A stretch of DNA of 64,000 bases, taken from the NCBI GenBank assembly GCA_013265495.1, contig MU057555.1, forward strand, positions 74,992 to 138,991, given 5' to 3'. The notes beneath the pieces were generated by a model. The model worked only from the letters and a program-made list of their open reading frames with translations. It made no database searches and had not been told where the DNA came from. Shown here in pieces: positions 34,228 to 45,956 of this stretch. Positions within the stretch are counted from its first letter, which is position 1. Every line of letters starts with the position of its first letter. Position numbers and translations under genes: made by a program. This stretch comes from Vicugna vicugna (taxonomy: Eukaryota).

Positions 34228-34516
34228 TCCAAGTTGGCATGTGTAGAAGGCACAGGGGCAAACAGATAGCTTTGGGGCACTGGAAGTAGAAACGGGGCAG
34301 GGTGTGTTTGAGGTCCCCCAAAGGTTCTCCACCACCCTCTAAGTGCACTTCAGACAGGACCAGTGGTGGGGGCTCCAGCCCAAGGCCCTGAGGGTCCTAC
34401 TGGCTCTGAATAAGAACCTTGGGACAGCTCCCCAGGCATGACCCCCCTCCTCCCAGGGGGCAGGGCCCTGCTGGCTCCCCCAGCTCAAGGCACCAGCTCC
34501 CTGGGGAGGACCAGGA

Positions 34517-36972
34517 TCAGAGAGAGAAGAACAGGATGAGGACCAGGAGAAGCACCCCCAGCAGCACCACAATGGCACACCACTGTCGGCGGTCTGGGGG
34601 CAAAAGTGTCAAGAGTTCACAGAGGGGAGGCAGCACCCCCGACAGCACCCCTCTGCCCATTGCCGAATCACCTCCCCCAGCAGACTCACCACTGGTCATG
34701 TGGGATACTTTGGCCATCTTCCTGAGAACCCCATCCATCCGAGACTGGGTGTGGTCCATCTCATGAGCAAAGGCATCCAGCATACTGCCGAGATCAGGAT
34801 GGCATCAGCCCCTGAAGAGTCTGTGCACGCCAGTGCAGCTGGCCGAGGGCTCCTGGCCCACCCCCAGGGTCCTGGCCTCACATGCCCTGCTCATCCAGCT
34901 CCTCCCTGACGCGGCCAGACATGTGTTTCAGAACCTGGATGCTCCCAGACACCATTTCCAGCTGGTGATCCTGTTGGTCCATGATCAGCTGCAGATTGTA
35001 GAGGTGGATACTGCTGTCAGCAGGGAGCCCTGAGCTGTAGCCCAGGGCTTCCAGTCCAGGGCCTTCAGCCTCCCACACAAACCTGCTGCGTGGCCTGCTG
35101 CTCTTCAATGTAGCGAGAGGTGGCAGAGACCACACTGGCGTCCAACAAGTCACTAGATGACTTCAGGGTGGCTGGCTTGCTCGTCAACGTCTGCAGGGGC
35201 CCAGACCACAGGCTCAGTGAGTCACAGCAAAGACAGACAAGGTTTGTGGCAAATCTAGACAGTGGTTAGTCAGGAAGGCAGTCTCTGGAGTGGGATGGCC
35301 TGGGTGCCTCGAGCCATCACTTACCAGCAAGGTGACCCCAAGACCATATCACTTGACCTGCCTGTGCCTCAGGCTCCTTGTCTGTAAAATGGGGAGAGCT
35401 ATAATCCCTGTTTCCTGAGGTTGGCATGAATGAGGATTGAACGAATGAATCCCTGGAGAAAATTTATTATCATATAAACACATGTATTTAAGAATCGAAC
35501 TTTAATCCCCAAAGCAGCACATCTGGAAGGCATGTGGCCTCTGCTACAGGACTCCAAGCTGGTGCAGGCCTCAGCCTCTGACACTCCCAGACCCTATGTG
35601 GGTTTATAGGGTGAGGCTGGTGTTTCACAACACGCAAAGAATAAACACACAAAATGGAGGGAACAGGTGTACAAACAGAGGCAGCAGGGGGCAGAGTGGG
35701 CACACGCATGGGGCAAGCGCCCCTCACAGAGAGAAATGGTGTGTATGCACAAAAGCAGACGGGGAACGGGGATCCACTTAGAGGCCAAGTTCAGGCTCAG
35801 ATAGGTCAAGTGCATCGATAGAGGAAAAAGGTAAGCATATATCCTGGAAACAGTAACACAGAAAGCAAAAAATGGAGCGAGGCCACCACACACAAACACT
35901 CACACACAGAGGAAATCAGTACAAACCCACAGGAGAAGGCAGAAGAGATGATACAGAGAGAGAGAGCTCAGGTGTACACATCCAGAAAGTGCAAGCAAGC
36001 AGACAGCATGGAGACAACTGCACACAGAGAAGATGGATGTTGACACAGAAGGAGACAGCTGAACACATACAGGGGGGTCAGGCACACACTCAAGGGGTAG
36101 GGTCAATCCGAAAGACTGAGGATAGTGGGTCAGGATGCCTTACCTCTCTATTATTCCTCTCCATGAAGGCTATGGCTGCGGGGCTGACCATATGGTCCTT
36201 CATTTCCTAGGGGTGAGGACAGCATCAGAGAGTAAAAATACCCATCTTCCCCACACTCACGCCACTGGAAACTCTCTTCACCTGGACTTCTTCCCGCATC
36301 CTCTCCACAAACACTTTTCTCTCCTGCAGGTCTCCGGCTGGGAGTTTGAACTTGCTTGGGTTAGCTTCCACTATGCGTAAGCCACGAGTCAAGAGTCAAG
36401 ACCAGAGCCAAATATGACGCCCTCCTCTGCCTCAAAGCTCTCAGCACCTCGTAGGTGTCCAGCCTCCCCACCCCTGCCACTGCAATGAGCTCTCCCATGC
36501 CGCCCTCCAACCCCCCCCCCAGGATATCGATGGTCTCCTCCAGGTCCTCGAGGTCCCACTCGATGCTGCGCAGGCCATTGCGCAGCTCATTGGTCGTCCA
36601 GTCCAGCTCCTCGCGTCCGACTGCCGCGCCCTCCTGGAGGAGCTCGCACCACCGCTGGTACAGACCGCGGGCCGTATTCACCGCCTTCTGCACCTCGCTG
36701 CAGGCAGGAACACAGCGGGCGCGGCTGAAGGCATGCGATCATCCTATCCACCTCTGCGCCCCCAAATGAGGTGGGGGCTCAGGAGACCCTCATATCCCCA
36801 TGTGTACCCCTCCCACACGGCCAAGGGGCGATCCCTACGTTGATGCCCAGGATGCCTGGCACGCCCCGGCTGGCACCCAGGCACTGGCTGGCAGGGGGAC
36901 AGAACACTCTCTGACCTCCGCAATCGCTGTCACTCACCCTCGGACTACAAAAAACGGATCTTCGAGAGACAT
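34517..36972 (-). CDS. STX10: Syntaxin-10, 249 aa; exons 36972-36938, 36697-36528, 36376-36282, 36206-36144, 35190-35083, 34988-34882, 34784-34690, 34593-34517
   Basis: [32 protein letters not shown]...[22 protein letters not shown]..., SNARE motif [13 protein letters not shown]...ELDEQGIMLD, and C-terminal [23 protein letters not shown]. 750 nt total; intron 2 is AT-AC. Confidence 0.97.
36377..36527 (-). other. STX10: U12-type AT-AC intron (STX10 intron 2)
   Basis: 5' end ATATCCTG, branch-like TCTTGAC twice, 3' end ...CTTAC. This choice gives an in-frame EETI-G-IVEANP. Confidence 0.9.
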
Positions 36973-37059
36973 GTCACGCCCCCCAACTTGTCCAAGGCCG
37001 AGCCCCCTCCCCTGTCGGCCTCAGAAGCTGGTTCCCTCCAAGCCGTGCAGAATGCGCCG

Positions 37060-37180
37060 TCACCCCGCCCCCGTCACGTGACCCGTACCACCATCGAGAG
37101 CGGGTCCGCCAGGGAGAGAAAGAGAGGCCTAGGACGTCCGAAGTGCAGAAACTTCCGTTCTCTCTGCGGCCATCTTGGTT
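37060..37180 (-). promoter_or_regulatory. STX10: STX10 promoter with GC box, CLEAR/E-box, ETS and YY1 motifs
   Basis: ccccgcccc near 37062, GTCACGTGAC 37073-37082, acttccg 37151-37157, gcggccatctt 37166-37176. Confidence 0.7.
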
Positions 37181-38137
37181 TTGGGTAGAGACGGCTTCCT
37201 GTCCGCATGTACCTCTTTTCTCCTCCTGGCCCCCAGCAGTGTCCTACTTCTGTCTGTCTGGGTTCTAGTCGGAGCTCCGAATCCCTCGGTTCGAGACCCA
37301 GCCTTCGGATTGTTGCTGCGCACCCTCAGTTTCCCTTCTGAGCAATGTAAATAATAACAGTCTCTTTCAAATCAGGCGAGATCATGGCTGGGGAAGGGGC
37401 TCATTCAATTTGTAGATCATTTTAACGGACTCCCTGAGCCTGCACCTAGATCCCGCCTTGGGAGATGGTCCCAGCCCAGGATCGGGAGTGGTAGGTTTGA
37501 GAAGGGGTATGGGGAGAGGTGGTCTCCCCACCTTCCCGGGGGGCGGGGTGAAGCGGGGGCTTTCTGTGGGCAGTTCTGCTGGACTCTCCCCTCCTCTTTT
37601 CTCCTGCGCAGGAGGGGCGCCTCGGGGTTGCCCTAGGGTGGGGTGGCCGTGAGTGGGGATCCTGGGGATGCTTCTGGAGATGGAGTCCTTCTGAGTGCGA
37701 CGCTGGGGTGGCTCTGAGAATGATCTGCAGGGAAGTCCTCTGCGTGTGGGGAGGGGCCAGTAATGTCTGGAGACTCAGGGCGCTGCCGCCTGTGTGACCG
37801 AGCCTTTTCTGTGTGGGGTCTCTGGGAAAGCACTTTTTGCGAGGGGGCAGCCGTCGCATGAGTGGGATCCTGATCTCTCCAGCGAGATGTCTGAGGAAGT
37901 CCTTGGAGGGTTGCCTCTGTTGTTTGTCGGAGATAGCGCCTGGGCTGGCTGGGCTTGTCATTGTGGAGTCTCAAGGTGGGGTTGGGGGTAAGGGGGGCGG
38001 AGTTGAGAGCGTCCTCAGCAGGTCGCCGTAATATGTGGCAGGATCGCTAAATGGGGACAGTTTGGGAATGTTTTTATTTATTTGAGCAAAGGTAGATTTA
38101 TTTAGAGAGATACATACTACATAGAATGTAGGCTGTT

Positions 38138-38448
38138 TCGAAAGGCAAGAGAAAGACCAAGAGGTGTGGGGGTTGGGTGCTCAGTTAAAGTGAAAGTAGG
38201 TACACACTCCATAGACAGTGCAGGCTGTCTCGGAAGAGGAGGGAGTGAGAGAGGCCTTAGTTTTTTAGAAGAGAGAATAATTGTTAAGAGTCATCGAAAG
38301 GCAAGAGAAAGACCAAGAGGTGTGGGGGTTGGGTGCTCAGTTAAAGTGAAAGTAGGTACACACTCCATAGACAGTGCAGGCTGTCTCGGAAGAGGAGGGA
38401 GTGAGAGAGGCCTTAGTTTTTTAGAAGAGAGAATAATTGTTAAGAGTC
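38138..38448. repeat. Perfect 155-bp tandem duplication (38138-38292 and 38294-38448) within an LTR-like fragment
   Basis: Direct reading; the duplicated peptide is also visible in ORF 38166..39050. Confidence 0.9.
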
Positions 38449-38849
38449 CCCATGTGCCGGGGTTGGGTGTGGGGGACCTGAGCTTGCTCCAGAGGTGCAC
38501 GAGAGGATCAATTTTGTGGGGAGGGGGAGGAATACATAGAAGGGGGCCTGGCAGGGTCTCCATGGAGGGGTCGTCAGGGAGCAGCTGCTTGTGTTGGCAA
38601 GGTCTCTGTGTAGGTATCTGGGAGGTGGCGTCTGTGAGCCCTGAGGTGGCTCCTACCCGCCGGCAGGGGGCTTTCCCGAAGGGTCGTCACAGATTCCTGG
38701 CCTCCGGAGGGAAGGAAGCAAAATTTTCCTCTCCCTTTCCGCCGGCCCCCGGAGGCCGCTCCGGAAACCTGGGGCTTCAGCCAGCCCTAGCTGCCGGGAG
38801 CTGGGGAGCGGAGGGGGCGTGTCCGGAGGCTAAGGCACCACCCCCGCCC

Positions 38850-38945
38850 GGCCGGAAGAAGCCGGCTACTGTCCAGTATAGAGGTCCGGCTCCTGTCCTT
38901 ATATGGGCTGCCGGAAGCGGCTGGCTCGCATGCCCTACGTCATTA
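38850..38945 (+). promoter_or_regulatory. IER2: IER2 serum response element (CArG plus ETS) with CRE half-site
   Basis: CCTTATATGG 38897-38906, CCGGAAG 38911-38917 and near 38852, tacgtca near 38936; lies in CpG-rich DNA ~1.3 kb upstream of the ATG. Confidence 0.8.
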
Positions 38946-39974
38946 CTTCCAAATTTAGTCGTGGAAGTCTGGCCGTTCAAGTGGCGGGAAGGCTCTCGCG
39001 CCGACGAGGGGTGGGAGAACCTCCTCTTAAAGGGCCCGCACCAGGAATGAATGGAGTTTTTCGAACAATTTTGCATTTTTTGAGGAATTGGAATTAGGTT
39101 GGAATCTTGGCGCGGAGCGGAAGGTGGGGCCAATGTTTTCTATCTATCTGCGTCGCTCAGTTTCCAGCTCGTACTCCAACTCCGCCTCCCGGGGAGCTGA
39201 GGCTGAGCACTGCTACGTGGTTAGGGGGACCGAAGCCACGTGTTCACTGTGGTACGGCCGGGTCCTCCGCCTTTCGAGCTACACGCCCACGGATTTCGTG
39301 CCCAGGGAAACTGCGGGGGGAGGCGGTGCTCAGTGCGGGCGCGGAGATGGCAGCCTGGCCTGCAGCGCTAGTGCTTACAGACATCCGCCGCCTGTGAAGC
39401 GGGCAGCTTTGTCCTGGAGCCAGCCAGCGAGCCCTGCCTTCTTACCACCTCCAAACAAGGGCAAATATTGAAGGAGTCACTCGCCTCAGTTTTCCTCACC
39501 TGAAGAAATTAGGTATAACACCCTCCGAGGAGTGGAGGTGGTAGATCAATGAGATATTTATGAAAGGAAAGCCCTTAGTGCCTGGCACGTAGTAAGTGCT
39601 TAGTAAGTGTTAGCATCGTTACTGATTAAAAAAAATAACTAATTAGGCGCCTGGTAGATGTTAGGCACTGTTTCCACGGGGGAGGTGTCGGCTAGAACCC
39701 GGGTCTTCCCCGGTGTGAAGGGAAACTTGCCGCCTACGACCGGCTAGGTCTACAGTGCAACCCGTGGGTGGGCCCTGAGCCCATCCACAGCCCCTCTGCC
39801 CTGGGCCTGCAAGCTGGTGCAGTGGTGGGCTCTGAGAAAGGAGACCACTCCGAGAGTCAGCCTGGAGTGGAGAATGCTCCTTCTTGTTCGAGTTCCTTTT
39901 CTCCGCGCGGTGAATTCCACCCTGTCACTTTAAGGAGTCCCTCGCTGCGGCGCTATGGAAAGCCCGGATGCGGC

Positions 39975-40025
39975 TCTCTGATTGGGCGGGGCGTCTTCGT
40001 GACTTCACTCCTAGTACAAAAGGGC
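39975..40025 (+). promoter_or_regulatory. IER2: IER2 proximal promoter
   Basis: gattgg (inverted CCAAT), gggcgggg GC box, and TATA-like tacaaaa near 40016. Confidence 0.55.
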
Positions 40026-40188
40026 CCGGGTGGCGGGCGCCCGGGCAGAGCGTCCTAGCAGTGTCTCATCGTGGGTTGTCCTGTAGAGAGAGGCGTGAAC
40101 GAGCGCGTTGTCCAGAGTGCACCTGTTACCTGCCCTGTCCTGTCCAGTCGGGAGTTCCGACCGCCCTCGTACCCACCGTCGAGCCGCC

Positions 40189-40857
40189 ATGGAAGTACAG
40201 AAGGAGGCGCAACGCATCATGACCCTGTCGGTGTGGAAGATGTACCATTCGCGCATGCAGCGCGGTGGCCTGCGGCTGCACCGGAGTCTGCAGCTGTCGC
40301 TGGTCATGCGCAGCGCCCGGGAGCTCTACCTCTCAGCCAAGGTGGAAGCCCACGAGCCTGAGGTGCCCTTGCCGCCCGCCCGCTCCCCTGACCCTCGCCT
40401 GCATCCGCCGCGAGAAGCGGAAGCCGCAGCCAAGGCATCTGCCCCCGACGGTGAGCAGTCCTTTCCGGAACCCATGGACACGCAGGAGACGCCGAGAGCC
40501 GAGGAGAGCCCTGCCCTCTGTGCCCAACGCCCGGCCAAAGCCAGCCGCAAGCGGCGAAGCAGCAGCCTGAGCGACGGTGGGGACGCCGCGCTGGTCCCAA
40601 ACAAGAAAGCACGTCTAGAAAAAGAGGAGGAGGAAGGGGTCTCTTCGGAGGTCCTTGATCGCCTGCAGACCCCTCCGGCGCAAGCGGAGGGCGCCTTCCC
40701 CAACTTGGCGCGTGTCCTCCAGAGGCGCTTCTCCGGCCTTCTGAACTGCAGCCCCGCCGCCGCCCCGACGGCGCAGCCGGCGTGCGAGGCGAAGCCGGCC
40801 TGCCGCCCAGCTGACAATATGTTGAACGTGCTAGTGCGGGCGGTCGTGGCCTTCTGA
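40189..40857 (+). CDS. IER2: Immediate early response 2, 222 aa, intronless CDS
   Basis: gccgccATGG; MEVQKEAQRIMTLSVWKMYHSRMQRGGLRLHRSLQLSLVMRSARELY...NVLVRAVVAF*. Confidence 0.97.
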   Translation: MEVQKEAQRIMTLSVWKMYHSRMQRGGLRLHRSLQLSLVMRSARELYLSAKVEAHEPEVPLPPARSPDPRLHPPREAEAAAKASAPDGEQSFPEPMDTQETPRAEESPALCAQRPAKASRKRRSSSLSDGGDAALVPNKKARLEKEEEEGVSSEVLDRLQTPPAQAEGAFPNLARVLQRRFSGLLNCSPAAAPTAQPACEAKPACRPADNMLNVLVRAVVAF

Positions 40858-41825
40858 GGGCCCCCGAGCGGCGCTACCGGAGCCCAGAGCGCGGGCCGAA
40901 CAGTCGGCCGGAGTGCGCAGACCCGAGGCAAGGCCCACCCCCCGGGGGAGCGCCCGCGGAAACCGTGGAGAGGAGCTGCCGCCCGGGCTGCCTAGAGGGC
41001 CTGAAAGGGACTCTGCCCCCGGGGAGCCGTCGCCACCTGTGTGCAGCGGCACCACAGAAGAGCCTGAGCCGGGGGTGTAGGCGCCTTCCCCCAGACCTGC
41101 AGCGCCCACAGGTGCTATTTTAACGGACTGGGACGTGGACTTTACCCTCTCCTGGACTGGGAGAAGGGAGGCTTGGTTCTTCAAACTCCTCAGGATCGGA
41201 CTTTATTTTTTACTGGGGGGCTGTGCTGCCCTTTCAAGGGTTTTCAGTAGTTGGTGTTTGCGTTTCCAACCTCAGAATTCCAGGCACTCCCCTTCCCCTC
41301 CAGTGACATACTTGTGCGAACGGTCATCGTTGCGTCATGGGGCAGACGTGGGGAGCTTCCTGTTGCCTTGCGTGGGTGTGAGGCCGTGGAGGAGGATCTG
41401 GGGTGTGGACCGCCCTGGGGAATGGGAGGAGGGCGGCCTGAGTCATTTCATCTCGGGAGTGCTGCGGCTTGTTGCCCCCAGCCTCTAAGCCTTTGGGATC
41501 TAAAGGCTGATTAATTTCAGGTTAAAAATTTCCTCATCTGGTGCATTAGAGGTGCGAATACGTTCGCAATGTCAAGCTTGACCCTCTCTCAGACACACAG
41601 ACAAAATCAACGCAGACGTTCCTGGTATGAATCACAAAAATAGGGGGGAGGGGATTTTTCAGAGTGCTGTAAGGCTGAGCTGGGATCAGTTGCTGGTGAG
41701 ACTGGGCCAGTTTTGGGTAGGGGGAGATTGTTGCCAGGGCGTTCTGAGGTTCTGTTTACGTTTACTGTGATGGATTCTGTTAACTCCATCTACCTGGCCT
41801 TTTCACTAGAAAGGCCAGATAGGAA

Positions 41826-41846
41826 AATAAAGGCCATTTGAATAAA
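41826..41846 (+). terminator. IER2: IER2 tandem poly(A) signals
   Basis: AATAAA at 41826-41831 and 41841-41846. Confidence 0.75.
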
Positions 41847-44800
41847 AAGTCTGCAGCCCGTCTGGTTTTCTTCCCTGGCAGGGGAGGGGAAGGGTTAAGG
41901 GGTCAGGAGCTGGCCGAGGCTTGCAGGGGCCCCAGAAACCCGTCTGACCGGCTACCACGTGGGCAGAGTGGGCGGGCGGGGGCCAGGCCCGTTTTCTTTG
42001 CCAGAGCACTTCCGTGCTGGGCGCCTTGGCGCTCCAGCTCCTCCTTAATCTTCACATTTGGAGGTTCCTTGGACAGTCCACTACAATTCTGGCTGCACAG
42101 GAGACCTTTCCGAGTTCAGACTTTTGGGAGGGTGGATACTGTTGCCTTCAGTGCCCCCAGCAGAGATGGGGGACCAATGCCTCCTCTGGAGACAAGGAAG
42201 TCTCCTAACAGCCCCTCGCCCCACTTGATTAACTGAATCAGCACTGGCAGGGATCCCACGACTGGGGTGGAGCTGAGCAGGTGAGCTTTTGAGCACCCTT
42301 TATGCCTCCTTCAAGTCTCCCGCTGTGTAATTGTGTGGTCCAGGCTGGGAGGTGAGCTCCCAGCCTCAGTTTCCTCATCTGTGAAGTAGGCCTTAACAGC
42401 TAGCTTCCCTGCGAGAGGCTGTAGGTTTAGAAATGCCCATGGGAGCACTCCTTTGCTTTGGCCCCACCCCAGCCCCGGGTTAGCCACCCCAAAAGGTGAA
42501 ACCCTCATTATTTTCCCCATTGCTGGTTTAGGAGCTTGGCTGTAGGCGTTGCCCAGGGCGGGTGGGGGTGGGGGCTGTTGGGAGGACAAAGGAGCCGCAG
42601 GTGCGGGCAGTGAGCGCGGCTCCGGGAAAGCGCCCGCCCCGCCTCCAGACTGCTGGCTCCGCCACTGCGAGCCTCCCGAGACCCCAGGGACCTGACCCCG
42701 GGGCGGCAGGGTAGAGGAGGAGGGTGCGGTGGAGGGGTGGCCCCGCCCCAGAACGCCCGCCCCTTGCTCCCCTCCTGCAACCACGGCACTCCCCACCTCC
42801 CTCCCTTCCCTAGGGGAATCTCACCTCCACCGCAGCTCGATTCCTTCCCGGGAAACGTGAAGGACTTTAGCGCCACCCACTTGGGGGCCTGACCCACAAC
42901 TCCCCAGTGGGATGTGGAGGGACAGGAACCCCACAAGCCTAGCGGTAGCTTAATGCGTCCGCGTGGGAGCAACTCACTCCCGAACCTGGCCCGCCCTGGG
43001 AAGTCCCCGGAGGCTGGGGAGGGGGCATCACTGTGCATCCTGTCGCAGGAACCGCCGGGCGCTTCCTTCCGCGGGAAGCTGCTTGGCCGACCGTCGCCCC
43101 CACCCTGGCCGCCTGGGGGTTTCCGGTGCCTGGCCAAGGGAGCTGAGGGCTAGAGATGGAGTGGGAGCCCGGACAAACACCCCCCACATACATCCCGTTA
43201 AGATATACCCCTCCCCCCAAGACCCCTTTCGCCCATCAGAATAGGCAAAAATTGAAAATGGGTCACAACAACTGACATTGAAAGAGGCCTGGAGTTTTCA
43301 CGCCATTACACTGGATTGGCATTGGGTTATTGGGACAGGCGCTGTGGGGAGTAATCGATTGGACAATAGCTGTGAAAACTAAAATGTCACAGATCTCATG
43401 ACCAGCAGATTCCCCAGGGAACCTCAGGCCTTCAGCAGGAGGCTCCAGAAGGGTGTTCCCTCCAGTGTTGTCCAAAATTGTCACAAATTGGAAACAACCT
43501 ACATGCCCATCTAACTGGACTGATCTAGTCGAATAGCCATCACTTCCTCCCCAGAAGATGAAAGGCCTGAGCCAGACAGGTCTACCCGCTCAGGCAATGG
43601 GAGGTAACTCAGAGCCAGGATGTTGGCTGACAAAGCCCTGCTGTAGAAGTTGTGGGATAAGGAATACAGATTCCAGAGCCAGATGGCCAGCTCTACTTGC
43701 TTGCTGTACAGCTAGGAGCAAGTCACTTCACCTCTCTGGACCTCAGTTTCCCTGGCTGTAAACTGTGGACAATAACAGACCCTGCCTCTTAGGTTTATTG
43801 TGAAGGTATTAAACGAGATAATACATGCAAAGTGCTTAGTAGAATGCCTGGCACACAAAGTGTTATAATTTTATTATTGTTAGAAGCCAGGATGGTGACA
43901 GTGCATTTAAAAGCACATACAGTAATCCAAGTATATGTATATGTATGGGAAAGTATGTATAGATGCTGTGCTAAGCCCAGAGAACTGGTAAAATAGTTTC
44001 TTCCTCCAGAAGCTCAGCGTGAACAAGAGCTCCCCTCCCAGATCCAGAGTTTGGTGGAATCCTAATGATTTGACAGGGTGGATTCTTCCTTCTGCAGACC
44101 CCCACACTCTCACTCCTGGTTACCTCACCAGCGGCCCCTGCCTCAGGCCCTGGGCCCCTCTCGATCTATGCTTACCCTTAGGTAGGCGCATTCAGCCTTA
44201 GGGCCCTAGCTGCCATCTCTAGGCTGACTCCCAAATTTCCCTCTCCATCCTGGACCTCCTCACAACCTCCAGACTTGTCTAGCCAAGCCTTCTCACTGTG
44301 TCTCCTCGTAAGGGTCTAAGATATTCCAAGTACAGCAGGACCTAAAGGGGATTCTTGCTGCTTCCTTTCACCCCACTCTGAACCTTTCCTCACCCTCATG
44401 GCTGCCACTCTGCTGTGAGCTGCCTTCACCTCTCACCTAGGTTAGGACAGTGGCCTCTCCCTGCCCTTGACCCCCACAATCTATTCTACAGGGCAGCTGC
44501 AACGATCAAATGCAATGCAAATGGAATCATTTCACTCTCCCAGCTTTACTCTGCATCATCTACACTGGCCTCCTTTCTGCTGGGAGAACAGGACAGGTGT
44601 GTTCCAGCCCCAGGGCCTTTGCACTCACTGTTCTTTCTTTCTGCCAGCAGTGCTCTTCTCTCAGATATCCACAAGCCCATCCTCACTTTCTTCAGGTTTC
44701 TGCTAAAATGTCACCCCCTTGGGGAGGCCTTCTTTGGCTGCCTGATCTAAAATAGCACCCCACTCTGCTCCTTTACCCTGCTCAGCCTTCCTTAGAACAC

Positions 44801-45667
44801 TACTCACCACCTGAAAGGATATATTTATATTCTATTTAGCATCTCTGCCTCCATTCGAATGTTATTTCCACAAATGTCCAGCCCAGGCCTGAATGAGTGA
44901 ATGAGGTTGTCTGGGGTAAGCAGATGCTTGTGCTTAATATTTATTATCTCATTAATCAATGACTTCCCATGGCTCTTAGAATACAGTTTCCCAAACTTCA
45001 GACAGCCGAAGGTCAGGAGTTTTATCATATCTGCTTAACAACTGTACCATTATTTAGCTAATTTTTAAAAACTTTTTAATCACTCCCCATACTTGGGATG
45101 TAACAGTTCATAAAAATTACAATAAAAATGAAACAATGTCATATAACCCTACTGAAACAGCAGCCAATGTGAGGTTCCAGACAGCTTTCTTTGTTATAAA
45201 GGAAGATTAGCAAGGTTAAAGACACATTATTGTCAAAGGAAGACTGTTTTAGAAGACTAGCGCAAAAAGGAGAGACTCTGAGGGATTCATTTCATGTTAT
45301 TTAAATAACATTGAATCACTTTGCCCACTGTCCTGGAATTAGGAAAATTCTATTTCTGGAAGAGGGACAAAACTCCTCCTGTATGAAAGGCTCTGCTTGA
45401 TCTGTGCTCAGCCCATCTCTGGCCTAATCTTGCATCACTCTGGCCACAAAGACATGCTTTTTGTTCATTATACTTACACAGTCTTCCCAGCCACAGGGCC
45501 TTAGCATATGCTGTTATTGCCTCCTAAGACTCCTTTCCCTTCCTTATTCACCTAGTTAAGTCAGCTTAGCTCAAGGGCAAATCATCAGGGAAGTGTTCCC
45601 CTTCTGCCTTCCATTTGGGTCTAAGTCCCCTCTGTTTATTACTGTTCAGATCAAGAACTACTATTTG

Positions 45668-45956
45668 TAAATAATCTTATGGTTACCAGGGGAAAAAGGG
45701 TGGGAAGTGATAAATGTGGGAGTTTGAGATTTGCAAATGTTATGTTAACCACTATATATAAAAATAGATTAAATTTTTTTCTTCTGTGTAGCACAGGGAA
45801 CTATATTCAATATCTTGTAATAACCTTTAATGAAAAAGAATATGAACATGTATGTATGTATATATATGCATGACTGGGACATTATGCTGTACACCAGACA
45901 TTGACACATTGTAACTGACTATACTTCAATTTTAAAAAATCCTTAAAAAAAAAAAA
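45668..45956 (+). mobile_element. 5'-truncated L1 3' end with poly(A) tail and 15-bp TSD
   Basis: gcacagggaactatattcaatatcttgtaataacc L1 3' motif; A-tail; aagaactactatttg at 45653-45667 and 45957-45971. Confidence 0.9.

Noticed and set aside
38166..39050. 294-aa ORF with an internal repeat
   Set aside because: GTG start; length inflated by the 156-nt-period duplication and GC-rich promoter DNA.
40108..40188. N-terminal extension of IER2 in the ORF track
   Set aside because: TTG start; the ATG at 40189 has a strong Kozak context and matches the known N-terminus.
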